Positions 24,301-39,200 of a stretch of 64,000 bases of DNA are shown here, in pieces (within the stretch, counting starts at the first letter, position 1; every line of letters starts with the position of its first letter). The translations under genes and the position numbers were made by a program. The notes beneath the pieces were generated by a model. It saw nothing but the letters and a program-made list of their open reading frames with translations, ran no database searches and had not been told where the DNA came from. This DNA comes from Macrostomum hystrix (taxonomy: Eukaryota > Animalia > Platyhelminthes), in the NCBI GenBank assembly GCA_950097015.1, contig CATNEN010000024.1, forward strand, positions 3,720,001 through 3,784,000. Reading direction: 5' to 3'.

Positions 24301-27300
24301 GTCGCCCACTCGGCCAAGTCGGACAGCGCAAGTCAGCGCGGCTAGCAGGGCGAACAGAGGGTAGACGAAAAGGACGAGCAGCAGCACGGTGCTTAGCACG
24401 GTGGCCAGCCACTCGCCCAAGGTCTGGTCCGTCAGGATGCCAGCAAACTCCACCATAAGGTACACACAGGCGGCGACGCTGGCAGCAGACAGTCCGTAGC
24501 CAATGACATGCGACCACCACGGCAGCAGGCAGCAATGGGACGAAGACTGCCGGCGTCTGTCGCTGTCCTCGATGACTGCAGCGACTTCAGCGCTGGGCAT
24601 GGCTGGAGCCAGCGGCTTGGTTATCCGGCTGCTGATGGTCCGCCGTTGTCCACCAGAGGCGGTGTTGCCTGAGTCGAACTCCGCGTACATCGCCTTGACA
24701 AAGTCGGCGCTGATCTTCTGCGACTCCAGTGGCGCCGACGGCTCGGGTTGCTGTGCCAGCTCTTCGTCGATGACGGATCGGCGGATCCTGCGGTACTTAA
24801 ACAACGCAACGATGAGCAAGTTGACGGGCAAAATGAGCGCAGTGGACAGGGCAGCGATATACAAGCCGTTAACTGTCAGCTTCACCGGCCCGAAGTCTGC
24901 CAGAACAAGACTCTGCGAGTACTGGCCGATGCTGTACAACATCAGGCTGATCATGAGACTGCTCATCAGCAGCACCAGGCAGCTGGTGGCTCGTTGAACT
25001 CGGCTGAAGCGGCTGCGCGCGGATCTGGTGAATACCGACAGCCAGAGGTGCCGGTCACGCAGGCTCCGGTGCGCCTGGCTGCCAAACACGGAGCCGAACC
25101 GCTGCAGCTCCTGCTTGGAGGCCGGAGCGAGCAGGCGCTCCAGCTGCGGTGAAATGGAAGGACGGGCGTTGAAGATCGCGGAGTTCTTTAATGAAATTCT
25201 AGATGAAGGATGATCAATGGACTTCTGGATCAAGGATGATCAATGGACTTCTAGATCAAGGATGATCAATGGACTTCTAGATCAAGGATGATCAATGGAC
25301 TTCTAGATCAAGGATGATCAATGGACTTCTAGATCAAGGATGATCAATGGACTTCTAGATCAAGGATTATCAATGGACTTCTAGATCAAGGATTATCAAT
25401 GGATTTCTACATCAAGGATGATCAATTGACTTCTAGATCAACGATGATCAATGGAATTCTAGATCAAGAATTATCAATGGAATTCCAGATCAAGGATTAT
25501 CAATGGACTTCTAGATCAAGGATGATCAATGGACTTCTGGATGAAGGATTATCAATGGACTTCTGGATGAAGGATGTTCAATGGACTTTTAGATCAAGGA
25601 TGATCAATGGACTTCTAGATCAAGGATTATCAATGGACTTCTAGATGAAGGATGATCAATGGACTTCTAGATCAAGGATGATCAATGGACTTCTATATGA
25701 AGGATGATCAATGGACTTCTAGATCAAGGATGATCAATGGACTTCTAGATCAAGGATGATCAATGGACTTCTAGATCAAGGATGATCAATGGACTTCTAG
25801 ATCAAGGATTATCGATGGACTTCTAGATCAAGGATGATCAATGGACTTCTAGATCAAGGATGATCAATGGACTTCTAGATCAAGGATGATCAATGGACTT
25901 CTAGATCAAGGATTATCGATGGACTTCTAGATCAAGGATGATCAATGGACTTCTAGATGAAGGATTATCGATGGACTTCTAGATTAAGGATTATCGATGG
26001 ACTTCTAGATCAAGGATGATCAATGGACTTCTAGATGAAGGATTATCGATGGACTTCTAGATGAAGGATGATCAATGGACTTCTAGATCAAGGATTATCG
26101 ATGGACTTCTAGATGAAGGATGATCAATGGACTTCTAGATCAAGGATGATCAATGGACTTCTAGATCAAGGATGATCAATGGACTTCTAGATGAAGGATG
26201 ATCAATGGACTTCTAGATCAAGGATTATCGATGGACTTCTAGATGAAGGATTATCGATGGACTTCTAGATCAAGGATTATCAATGGACTTCTAGATCAAG
26301 GATGATCAATGGACTTCTAGATCAAGGATTATCGATGGACTTCTAGATCAAGGATTATCGATGGACTTCTAGATCAAGGATTATCGATGGACTTCTAGAT
26401 CAAGGATTATCGATGGACTTCTAGATCAAGGATTATCGATGGACTTCTAGATCAAGGATGATCAAATTGCAATGAGAACTCTCAAAATTTTGATTCAGCG
26501 TTACTAACTGAGCGGTCGCCTTCAATACAGGAGAGCCAACTCTCGCACAGGAAGTGGGATTTCTCCCCAGTCAGCAGGTCCCGCACAATGACCCTGTTGA
26601 GGTACCAGCACGGATCCAGGCCGCTGTTGTCGTGCCAGAGCCTCAGGTGGGTCACCCGGCCCAGATTACGCGGTGTGGTGAGGTAGAAAGTGTCTGTGGA
26701 GCCCCTGGCGAGCATCGGGCACATCAGGGTGCTGATTGGTCGCGGGCCCGTGCTGGAATGCTCGCCAATCAAATCGCAGAATACGTTTGCCGTTGTGCCG
26801 GCGCCGCTGCGGTTTCCCGTCCAGAAGGTGAGCTCGTACCTGGCGGATAAAATTCGTTAAATTATCAGCTGACGTCAGGGTGACGTCACCGATTTGGCAG
26901 ACTGGAACTACAACAAAAGCCTTACATTTCTTGACTCTGTAATTCAGGAACCCTAAACTTATCTGGTGCAAAGCTTCTTAAATCCGAAACTTCCCAAATC
27001 CGAAACTTTCCAAATCCGAAACTTCCCAAATCCGAAACTTCCCAAATCCGAAACTTCCCAAATCCGAAACTTCCCAACTCCGAAACTTCCCAAATCCAAA
27101 ACTTCTTAAATCCGAAACTTCCCAAATCCAAAACTTCCCAAATCCGAAACTTCCCAAATCCGAAACTTCCCAAACCGAGAACTTCCCAAACCCTAAATTT
27201 CCCAAACCTCAAACTTCTAAAATCTTAAACTTCCCTAAACTTCCCTATCCCTATAGCTCGCAACTCGTAAGCTACCTGAAACAAAACTTCCCTTGAAGCT

Positions 27301-29831
27301 AGGCCAGGTATCAGAGTTCACTCACCTGAATGGATCAGCCGGATAATTGTCGATTAGCGGCACAACTCCGGCCAGTTCTAAATCTCTGCGATCCTTATAC
27401 CTGGCCCAGATGAGCACAATAATGTACAAGCAGATGAAAGTCACCGCCAGAGCCAGCGCCACCGGGTTGAGATCCAGCTTCAGCCAGGCGGACTCGTTTT
27501 CTACATTTTCTATGAAAAATGAAGAGTCGAACAAGCTGGCCATGAAGGTGGTTAAATGACGGCTGAAACACTGCGTCATTGCGGGCGTTGAGCACTGGCC
27601 TTCCTGCAGGACGGATTAGAAATAATCTGTTGATTTCTGGACATGATGGATAAAAAAGACAATTAACAAAATCTGATTGGATGTACAGCCCGTATATCAA
27701 AACATTGAGTTAGATTAATAGATCATGGTGTTCTATAAAGAGATCATGGAGTTCTAATAATAGATCATGTAGTTCTATTAATAGATCATGGAGTTCTATT
27801 AATAGATCATTGAATTCTATTAATAGATCATGTAGTTCTATTAATAGATCATGGAGTTCTATTAACAGATCATTGAATTCTATTAATAGATCATGGAATT
27901 CTATTAACAGATCATTGAATTCTATTAATAGATCATGGAATTCTATTAACAGATCATTGAATTCTATTAGTAGATCATGGAGTTCTATTAATAGATCCAA
28001 GATGGCCCATAGAGTTATATTATTAGATCGTATGACCAATAAAAAAGCCTTCTATAAAGTGATTGATGAATTTCAGACTCACAAAGACTTCATTATTGGC
28101 CAATTCAAACCGCTGCAAATCGGCATAGGTGCAAGACGGCTGATATACTGTGAGATTCACATCGTCCTCAATGTACAGACTTGAGCTGATGCTCAGCCGG
28201 TTGTTTCGGCTGGCGACTCCGACCGGACTGAATTCTGTTCTGCCTTGCGGGGGAATTCGCAATAGTCTGATCCCAAATTGCCATTGCTGACCTTCGCCAG
28301 TGCTGAAAGAGAATAAATACAATGCAGCTCAGTAAAGTATGATTTTATTGGTTCTTTTCTGGCTGCAGTTTCTATTCTTTCAGGCAGGGGTCAGTGGCAG
28401 AGCGGTTAACACGTTTGCCTCTCGCACCAATGTCCCTGAGCTCGATTCCGTGGCGAGGCCTCATTTATTTGGGGCGCAGCCGCGGAGAGAAGGCTTGGGG
28501 GCTTGTCGTGCAATTTACGCCCTTAAGGGCCAACTTCCAAGACACAGTGAAAGTGTACGCTGCCTGACGATGAGAAAGTCGAGGCAGATTGATGCACACA
28601 CCTGTGTGAGCGTATGCTTGCGCACTGCATCTGTGTGCGTGTGTGCTCAGGAGTCAGCGGAATGGGCAGAACTGCCTTTATTATTATTATTATTATTCTA
28701 TTCGTTCTAGCTGCAGTTTCTGCTCTTTGTTGCTGCAGTTTCTACTCTTTGTGGCTGCAGTTTCTACTCTTTGTGGCTGCAGTTTCTGATAATCCGAACG
28801 CACGTTACTCTAAACAGTTGCGGCTCACGTGTTAAGCATCTCCCTGGTGAAGAAGCATGTCCAAGGGTCCGGCAGCATCTCCTGCTGGCCGGAGCAGGCT
28901 CCTATGCGGTGGCAGGTGCCGTTGCGGCACTGACAGTCAGCCACTGTCCAGGAGCTTCCAGCTACGCGGACTGAAGCCAAGCCCGTCGGGGTGTTCGCCA
29001 GGGGCTGGCAGGTCGAGTAGACGTAATTGCCGGTGCAGTTGCAGGGCTGAGCACTGAAGCCAGCATTGGGCTGCTCAGGAGCGCTTGGCGGACCGCAGGA
29101 GTAAGTCCGCAGCAGCGGCAGCTGGCACAGGTGGTCGTAGTTATTCTCTGAAGGCTGGCCGTGTTGTCGGAGAAACACCAGCGCCTCGAAGCTGCCAACG
29201 TCGCGGTTGAGGCGGCCCAAGCGATCGACGCGCACAAACATCGCGGCGCCTCGGTTGACATCGACTTTCTGGCTTCCTTGGCCAGTCGAGCCGACGCTTC
29301 GAGTCCTCATTGTTATCACCTGCGGTCGGATGAGGCTCTGGTTCCGGGCCAGACGCATTTCAATCCACGAGTTGTTGTTCAAACCGGTGACATTGAACTG
29401 GTGATCATTCTCGCTGGACATGCTCATCGAATATGAGTAGCTTGGCGTTGAGTTCGCAACGCTAGCTAGTTGGAAAACGTTTAGGTCGCTTTTCACCAAC
29501 TGCAATGGAGATTTCAGATGGCTTCACTGTAGACTTGGCTTGCTCCACAAGGCATATCTGAATGAGAATTACCGTTGTGACGACCGACTGGCAACGCCTA
29601 GTCCTGGTTGGCACTTTTGGATCCGGCTCAATAAAGACAGTCTCGCCTCTTGAGTCCTGGTTCTGTCCGGTTTTAAAATAGCTGCAGTCGCTGCTGCTGT
29701 TGTCCTGAATGCTAATTTGCACTGCGAGGTAAGGCGCGAGAAGGAGTGCAGTCTGTTAGCTCCCAACTATTAGTCTAATGTAGCGCTTTATTAGCCCTTA
29801 ATTATAAATAAAACTACTACTACTACGAGCG

Positions 29832-29888
<57 letters not shown>

Positions 29889-29911
29889 AACAACAACTAC
29901 CACTACTACTC

Positions 29912-29942
<31 letters not shown>

Positions 29943-29980
29943 AACAACTACTACTACTACTACAACAACTACTACTACTC

Positions 29981-30053
<73 letters not shown>

Positions 30054-30070
30054 AACTACTACTACTACTC

Positions 30071-30139
<69 letters not shown>

Positions 30140-30140
30140 G

Positions 30141-30211
<71 letters not shown>

Positions 30212-33200
30212 ATATTTACCATTCGGCATGTCGCTGGCCTGGCTACGCCTAACATTCAGCACCAGCGCATCCGCTTGCATAGCAACTGACTCCTTGGTGA
30301 CAATCTTTCGGGCCACAGTCCGACCGCAGTCTTCAATAAGCTGCATCAAATTCGTGCCGATAATCGATCGGTTTCTTCTAGACTCGACAGAGGTCTCGGC
30401 GAAGCTGTCGGACCGGCTGTAGTCGCGCAGAGAGGCCACTGTGGGCTGCAGTATGTTTCTGGCGGCTCGTATCACTCGCTGATTGACCGAGCGCACGCTT
30501 TCAAAAGTGACCCGATAGTCGCTAACCATCCCGCGCATTGTCCGACCGATAAGGCCAAGGCATTGGGTGCTTCGCTCCAGCGACCGAGACTCCAGCTCCG
30601 AGTCCACGCTAGTGGCGTGCTGGATCATTGTGGCCATCTGGGAAGCGTAGTTTAATTGGACAACAGGCGGTAGGTTTGGGGCGGTCTTCTCCAAGGTTTC
30701 AACCATAAAGTTGATCATTCGGCTGCGAAGTTGCCTCCGGTCTGCGGCGCCAGCGGGTGATGATTCGCTGTTGATGGTGGCGAGGAATGGGTTGACAGCC
30801 GCACCAAGCTGGTCAACATTGCCCACGGACCTGGAGCTGTCAATCTTCATCAGTAGGCGCTGCACAATGACCGACGCACCCGACTGGTCGGCTACGGGAC
30901 GCGAAGTGATGCGAACCGCCTGGAAGCTGGCGAAACTCTCCGCCTCGTTGGCGTCGCGAACCAGGACGCAGATGGACAGCTGGTTGTTGAATGCGTCCAG
31001 ACCAGGTGGCAGCGACTGGCTGGCTGGCAGGCGGCACGTTGGCTCGTCTGCGTAGCAGGATTTGGAATGGGAATACGATTATGGGAGAAAGTACACGCCA
31101 TAGCGACAATCCTGCAGGGAGAAAGTACATCAGTCAATCCTACGGGGATAAATTACATCCAACAGATTACAAATTCTTCCCTACCCGCAGCAATCAGGGA
31201 GCACTGGTCCATGCCAGTTGGGTTGGCCAGTTGCGAATAGCCGATGCTGTAAGTTAGCGGTTCGTCAGAATCAACCGCTCCGCTGCAGTAGATTTGAAAG
31301 CTGGTGGTCAAAGCCACACCGGCGCTTGGCGACACTGTCACCCGCAGGCTAGTTAGGTCTGGCGGACTGTTGACACTCAGGTAGAGCAGGCGATAGCCGA
31401 AGTTTTCTCGCTGACTGCCGCGCCATGATTTGACGCGCAGGATGAAATAGCCGTCGACTGACTGGTTGAAAAAGCTGCCGCTCACTATTGAGATGCCTGG
31501 CGCGTCGATGCCTGTCGTTGAAAATTTCATGCAGGGCCTTATTTAGGGGAGTCTGGAGTGTCCAGATACAGCAGTTATATTTAGATTTGAACTTATGCAA
31601 CATACCAGTGTCGGTGTTATCTCGACCGTCTGAAATTTGAAGAAGGATATCAATAGAATGTTATAGAGGAATTATTGTTGTGGGTCTACAGCCTGAGGAC
31701 ATTGTTAGGGATAATGCCTGCACACTGAGGACATTGTTAGGGATAATGCCAGCACACTGAGGATATTTTTAGGAATAATGCCTGCACACTGAGGACATTT
31801 TTATGGATAATGCCAGCACACTGAGGACATTTTTAGGGATAATGCCTGCACACTGAGGACATTGTTAGGAATAATGCCAGCACACTGAGGACATTGTTAG
31901 GAATAATGCCTGCACACTGAGGACATTGTTAGGAATAATGCCTGCACACTGAGGACATTGTTAGGAATAATGCCTGCACACTGAGGACATTTTTAGGGAT
32001 AATGCCAGCACACTGAGGACATTGTTAGGAATAATGCCAGCACACTGAGGACATTGTTAGGAATAATGCCAGCACACTGAGGACATTTTTATGGATAATG
32101 CCAGCACACTGAGGACATTTTTAGGGATAATTCCTGCACACTGAGGACATTGTTAGGAATAATGCCAGCACACTGAGGACATTGTTAGGGATAATGCCTA
32201 GACCCTAAGGTGAACACCCTTAGTTTTGAGCACCAGCTGTGAAGAGTGGCTTTCGAAAAGGCCTTACTAATGATGTGCCACCGTCCAGCAATCGGGTCAG
32301 CCTCCAAGCTGTCCAGATGACTGGTAATATTGTCCAGATCGAACTCAGTCGGGCAGGAGGTGAACGGCGCGCTGAGTCTCGAAATCTGCCATCGATAATT
32401 ATATTTAGCCGGCGTGATGTAGTTCGCAATGCTAGTCTGCAGTCGAATAGAGATCGCCCTATTGACTCTTATCGTGTCTATGGAGCATGAGTTGCTTGTT
32501 GAAGTAGCCGGGAACGGAATCGGCATTGGGACACAGTTGCTCACGCACCTGACGGTGACAGGTAAATTGAAGCTCAACAGTTGCATTTTGATAGACATTA
32601 CCTGCAATACAACCTTTCTTTTCTTTTCTTACTATTTCTTCTAAGCCCTTATAATTGCGCCCAGAAATATAATTTATGCAAGCTAGGTTAGAAATTTTAG
32701 TGGTTGTGGCATTCCCCCCCCAGTCCATGGACTGAACAGCTGTACACAGCTTTGATAAAGCTGTAGCTGAATAATAAAAATAATAATAGTAATTGCAGGA
32801 AGGCTGTCCGCAATGGCACATCATTTTGTGGCACTATAGACCTGCAGCCAGCGAGGCGGCAACTCTGCCAATTTCGCTTATTCCTGAGCGCAAACGCACA
32901 CAGATTGGCAGTGTGCCTTGGAGGTTGGCCCTCAAGGGCGTAAATTGGATGACAAGTCTCCAAGCCTTCATTCTCAACAGTGCTGCGTCCCAAATGAATT
33001 TGGCCTCGCCGCGGAATCGAGCTCAGGGACCTTGGTGCGAGAGGCAAACGCGTTAAACGTTTCTGCGACTAACCACCCCTAAGCTGTGGCTGGCCACTGG
33101 CTATACATGTGGCCCAATTCCGAGTTAGTTGTCATTCAATTTCTACACATATTAGGCTTCAGCTACAATTTTTTCTGTTATCTGCGAACATCAAAAGGCC

Positions 33201-36200
33201 TCATATGAATCTAAATCACATTTTAGATGTCAAACCACAGTAAAATTGCTCACTCTGTCTCCAAAACGGGCACCGCGCCCCTCTGCAGAAGCAGCTGGAC
33301 TTCTTTATAAACCGGCGGCATCTCCGGGTGGGCCAGATCCCGCATGACCACCAGAATGACATGGTGCTGCGCTTCAAACATGAACCTCGTGTTGAGCCTC
33401 AGCGAGCCATTGTCCATGTAGTACAGATAGTTGCGAACAACGGCGGACCTCCAGCTGCTGCTGAACTCAGGATTATTGTAGATCGCCCTGATGCCCTCAT
33501 CGTTAAACTGAGAAGCGGCCAGATTAACTTGCCAGTCGGAGAGGCGCAAGCTTTTCAGCCGGTGGGCATAGGTGTCCCAAATGTTCGACACAAAGCAGCC
33601 GCGAATGTTGGCACCGGTCGTGATGTTCTCCGGGCAGCCGCCACTCTGTGAGCTGCGGTTATACTGCAAATTGTCGCCCAGCACAATGCGCGACTCGCAG
33701 GCTCGATAGCAGTAGAACTCAAATGTTAGGTTGCTAGCCTCGTTGCCACCCGAGAAAGCGTTTGGATTAGTGCTGCAGCTTGGATCCACCATCACCGGGT
33801 CGCCCCAACGAGCCTGGAACGGATTGCTCGAATTGAACCAGTCCATGAGCTCATTGTCGTACACTGTCGTCTGTAGGCAGACTTGCAATGGCTCCATGGA
33901 AACTAGAAATTCAATGCTTTCACTGGCGCGGAACTCTGGAACTCCGGCCATCTCCGCATAGAGACTGACCCGGTAGGACTGGCCGGCCCGCAGCGAGTAG
34001 GCAGGCAGTCTGAGGCTGCGCAGGTGCAGATTCGAGCCCTCGCTCAGAACGCCCTCCTTATAATAGGCAAAGGCCCGGTTTCCAGCCAGGCTATTGTGAG
34101 CGGCGAAGAAGTTCACAAGCTCGGGCTCGTAGTTCTGCCAAAGTCTGACTGACGAGTCGTAGATCTCGATGGTCCAGCGTAGCAGTACGCTGGTATTGTA
34201 GCAATTGATTGACAGGTAGCTCTCCAGTTGAATGTCTTCGTTTCGACGAAATCGGGTCTTTAATAAACGACCAATTCTGAGCCTGGGAGTGGAGCAGGGT
34301 TCCCTAGAGACGGTCATCTCCCACAGGTATTCCGACCTCGAGACAATGTTTGCAGCAGTAAAACGCACAGTCTTGGTGCCAGTCGATGCTACATATTTTG
34401 TAAGCGAAACCGCGGCCACACTGCCCGAGCCAATCAAGGCGGCGCTGTAGAGTTGGTTATAGTAGCTGGTGAGACTGGTGTCCCAGAATGTACCAGGTGA
34501 TCCGGAGCTGAATGCACCGCTGGACGTACAGTAAGGCTGGTAGCCGAACACGTACCTTGCGACACCGTCAGTGAGGTTACTTCCCCAGGCAGAGAAGTCA
34601 ATTTGGTAGCAGGCATCTGTGCCGGGCGTACCAATGTTGACGTCAATAAGAATCGGAGCGTCAACGACATTGTAGCCAGACGATGCGAGCTCGATGCCGC
34701 TAATGCTCTTCAGTACCACAATATTAAAGGAAAATGAGCGCGAAGAGACTGGATTGGAGATGCCCACCGTGATGGTGTAGTTGCCGGGCCGAGAATAACT
34801 ATGGGCCATTGTAGTCAACTGGTTGGTTTCCGAGGCTCCGTCACCGAAGTTCCAGGCGCAGGTGACAGCGGTGCGGTTAGCGAACGGTACGCTGACAAGG
34901 ATCATTATGGGACGTTCTATGGCGTAGCAGCCCGTTGCTGCAGCCGCCACTTTGACGCTGTCGCCAAGGAAGTCAGGATGCAGGCGGATATCAGCTGTGC
35001 TCGGCGCCAGATCCGGGAACAGAACAACTGGCATTCTTATGCTCGCTTCGCCAATGGTGAGTTGAGCCAGCAACTGGCCAGGCTCGCGGACTGTCAAGTC
35101 CAGCGAGTGGCAGAACCGATAGTTGGCACTGGCTGAGACGCAAGCCGAATCCTGTTCGGCAGTGCCTGCGGAACACCGGCTCAGATGGTCCGTCCGGCTT
35201 GTCCCGCTGGCATCGTTCAGAACTAAAGTGGAGTCGATGCTGAACAGCGGGCGGTCCACATCGATGGTCCTATTGCGGCACAGCAGGATCGGCGCGGTCA
35301 GCTGGAATGCGGGACTCGGAAGCAACAGCGGCTGAGGATCACGCACGGCTAGCGCGAACTCGCTCGGATCTCCGAGAACCACGGTCACAACGGTGGAGCA
35401 AACGATTGAGTTGATTTGATTTTGCAGCGTCACAAGCACAGTAAAGCTGCCGGGCAATGTGAAGTTGTGAGTGACCAGAAACCACCGGTTGGCACCCTGG
35501 TTGGGCACAGCAGCCGTCACTCCGTCTCCGAAGCTCACGGAGGCCGTGTAGTCGGAGCCAAAGCTGATGCTGACGTTAAACACTGCGAGGGTCTGCATCG
35601 GCGACTTAAAGAATGACGCATTCGTTGACAGAACCTGCGCGTCGACCAGTCGCTCCTGTACAAGAATCACCTGGTGCAGCAGTAGCGATGAGACTTGATT
35701 TTCGACCAGCGCTGTGACGTTGAACTCGCCTCTGGTGGCGAATGAGTGACCGGCGGTGAAGTTGGAATTAGATAGACCCCAGCTGAGCGGTCCGGACATG
35801 ACTGCGCTGCCATCGTTGAAGTTCAAGCTGTAGGAGGCGTTAGATGGCAGGCGACTCGGCGATTTGTCGCAGAGGAGGCTGACAAATGCGGTTGCCGTGC
35901 CACTTGGCGGCATCTCTAGCAGCGTCGGAGCCCTCATCCATGCTGAACTGCTGTGCACTGGGTTCTGCACCAAAACTGTCTGCAGGTAAGAAATTTTTTG
36001 GGGTTTTTAGCAGGGGGTCCATGGCAGAGCGTGCGAGGCCACATTCATTTGGGGCGCAGCCGCAGAGAGAAGGCTTGGGGGCTTGTCGTGCAATTTACGC
36101 CCTTGAGGGCCAACCTCCAAGGCCCAGTGAGAGTGAACACTGCCTGACGATGAGAAAGTCACAGCAGATGCACACACCTGTGCGAGCGTATGCCTGCGTA

Positions 36201-39200
36201 CAGTCTCTGTACGCGTGTGTGCTCAGGAGTCAGCGAAACGGGCAGAATTGCCTCCTCGCTGGCTGCGTGTCTAGCGTCACCAAATGATGTGCCATTGCCC
36301 ACAGCTCTCGTGCAATAATTGTAATTGAGGCAGTGAATAAATTAGGACACTTTTTCATTTTAAATTCCCGCCACTTTTTCTCACGCGATAGCTATATGTC
36401 GTAAACCTCACGCGGTGCTCTTTGGTCGTTGTTTGCGCACTCAAGCGGAACAGCACCCACCCCATTTTTTGTATATATATACAGAGAAAAATATAATGCG
36501 ATCTTCTACCCACCTCGATCCCCAACCACACCGTTAACAATGGTTAACTCTGTTTACCCAGTTTGACCTGCTATATGTTCTTGACGTTTTGCTCTACGAA
36601 ATATAAGCGATTACACTTCCTAACTCTTTCCCTGTTTCGCTATTAAATAGACCGAGTTCCTTAGTTATTTTCCTAATAAAAGGAAAACAGTTAAGATACC
36701 TTTGCCTTTCCAATCCTCTCCCAAAGATCTCTCATCGGCCTTCTTTACCCAAATCCACCCTATTATATGATCCCTTTGAAATCCCAAAATATCGTCCTAA
36801 AATCCCGTCTAAAAGTCCACCTGAAGTTATCTAAATACCCCCCTGAAATCCCAAAACTCCGTCTTTATCCCTCATGAGACTGTACTAATCCCGGACCCCA
36901 TAGAGGAAAGTAAGTGAGAGTGCGAAGGACGTTCACCAGGCAACTTCAATCCATCCTGATACGCCCCACGGACTGTGTGCCCCAGATCAGTGACCTTAGC
37001 CCTCGTGCCAGCAGCAGTAAATTCCGCTCCCATTGTTAGTAGCTAGTGTCTTGCCGCTCGGGCATTAGCGCTACCTGAGGTATAACACGAACAGAGTGAA
37101 AAATACCTACTCTCACCCTCATAACTTACGCTACCATTCCGCCCAAATACTCAGCTCACCAATCCCAAATCCAACAAATAGAGAGTTGAGAGGTCTGCTA
37201 CATAATGATTATTATTTTTATTAATATAATTATTATGAATATAGTTATTATTGGGCTACTGCAACACGCTTTGGCTGAAAGCACAAATCACATTTATCCA
37301 TTCTGATTACTCACCTTCCAGGTGCTCGCTCTGGACACAATGTTCTCTGCCGTCAGTTCCAAGGAGTAGGCGCCGGGAGCCGTGAACAATCTGCTCGTGA
37401 CGCTGCTGGAATTGATGCGAGTCTCGCCGTCTGTGAAATTCCAGGTGTACGCTGGCACGCTGCCCGGATGCTTCACCGCGTAGTACACCACCGTGGCATT
37501 GGTTTCGTCTGCGAATAAATCGGAGGTAGAGCTTGTAGGGAGATTGAAGCTCAGAGTTCGGGAGTTCGAACCGCAGCTCAAGGAAGACAAATTTTGTTAT
37601 TGAGAAAGATACTTTATGACATCACCTTCAGTTCACCTTGCTAAGAAATTTTTTTGATGACATTAAGGTGTACGTGTGATTTCTATCTCTCAGTGTGATA
37701 AATAAGGCTACTTACAGTAGTTAGAGTTAGTGAAAATCTGCAGTCCAGAAATGGGCACTTGAACACGGACGAGGCCGCCAAGGCTGATTGGTGTGCTCGT
37801 CATCTGATTGGCTAGCTGCACGGTGACGTTGTAGAAGTACTCCGCCGGGCAGTCCAGAGCACTGCCAGTGGGACAGGTGGTCTCCGAGTAGTTCACCGAC
37901 GCTGCCAGGCGACCAAATTTGTAGCCGAAGAAATCGACAGCTTTGGAGCCGTTGACAGCGGCTGATCCGGCGGAGACGCTGACGCTGCCGCCTGCGACAG
38001 CCGAGGCCGGGATGAACAGATCCGGCTGTCGCTGCTGCGGTCGCAGCGACACGGCTGCTGACGGGTCGGAGACTGCCAGGACGTCGCCAGGCAGCAGGTT
38101 CAGGTACTGCGAGGCGCTCAATTGCACGGCGTTGTAGCCGAAGTTGTCAACGGCGAGTGTCACCTGCTGGACAGAGTCCAAGCTGCCTGCGAACGTCGGT
38201 GACGAAGCTGGCGCGGCGCTCTCCGGCTGGCAGGCCCGCTGACGAGCGCCCCAGAGGCCGCCGGAGCAGCTCAGCTTTCGAACACTGGGCTGGCGGCCAC
38301 ATACGAGGCCAGTGGCTAGACAGGTGTTGCTCAGGTAACAATAGGTGCTACCAGATGAGCAGTGCGGCCGATAAACCTGCGTTTGAATTGTTGCTAAAGT
38401 TACTAAAAACTAGTAAAGGATGTCTGTTTTGCTTTAAATAATAATTGCCTTTAGTTTTAAAGAATATTCAATTCATCACAATCGACAGAAAGATGCAATG
38501 CACATTTAATAGTAGAAAGACCACGGGGAGCAAAGACCAAAGGGCAAAGACCACTTGCTCACAATGCTATCAAGCGCTCACATGTAGGAAAATTTTCTTA
38601 AAAAATAATGTGCAATTGAAAACATGGCATTTTGAACATGAATAGGACGAGCTAAATGAATTTGATTTTTCTTTATCGTTTCTCTTTCGCACTCAGTGTG
38701 GTACAATAGCACCTGAGTTCGTATTTGTGTGATTGGACCAGATAGATTTGCAGCCAGTGGCAGTCACTAGCCGCAGCTCCTCCTCTAGGAGAGGACGCCA
38801 TCCAAAACCCCCGCTGACATGCTGGTACCAGACACAGATTGTTTATACCTGGTTAGGAGTGCGCAGGTCTAACAAGGTAATTTTACCCGTATTTGCCAAC
38901 TCGTCCCGCTAACACTAAGGTTGGTGTGAAAGGCCACGCTAGTGATGGTGCACTGGACGCTGATGTCGTAGCCAAGCAGGTAGATACCGACTGGGCCAAG
39001 ATCCGAGGCCAGCGTCGCGAGTTGATCAGTTGGCTGACGAAAGCTCACGGGCATGGTGCCTGGTTGCGAAATATTAGGATTTTAGCGGGGCTGTTGAATA
39101 GTGTCTCGCAGCATTGGCTAACCAGATAACTCACTGAATCTGTCGATGATAACGCTGCGCCCGTTGCCAAAGTTGACTAGAGCGCTGACATTAGAGCCAA

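Noticed and set aside
25399-28184. Periodic-peptide ORFs (SRMINGLLDQ, FGFGKFRIWEVSDL, LLIEFHD); likewise at 9065, 39811-40273, 44117-44534, 45899 and 47500
   Set aside because: Translations of intronic minisatellites.
29791-30255. Poly-Ser 154-aa ORF
   Set aside because: It is the intronic (ACT)n microsatellite; flanking PKD1-like exons splice around it in phase.
38700-38850. Extra PKD1-like exon candidate
   Set aside because: Neighbouring exons splice directly in phase 0 to give WQIRVYRPHC; the candidate has incompatible phase.
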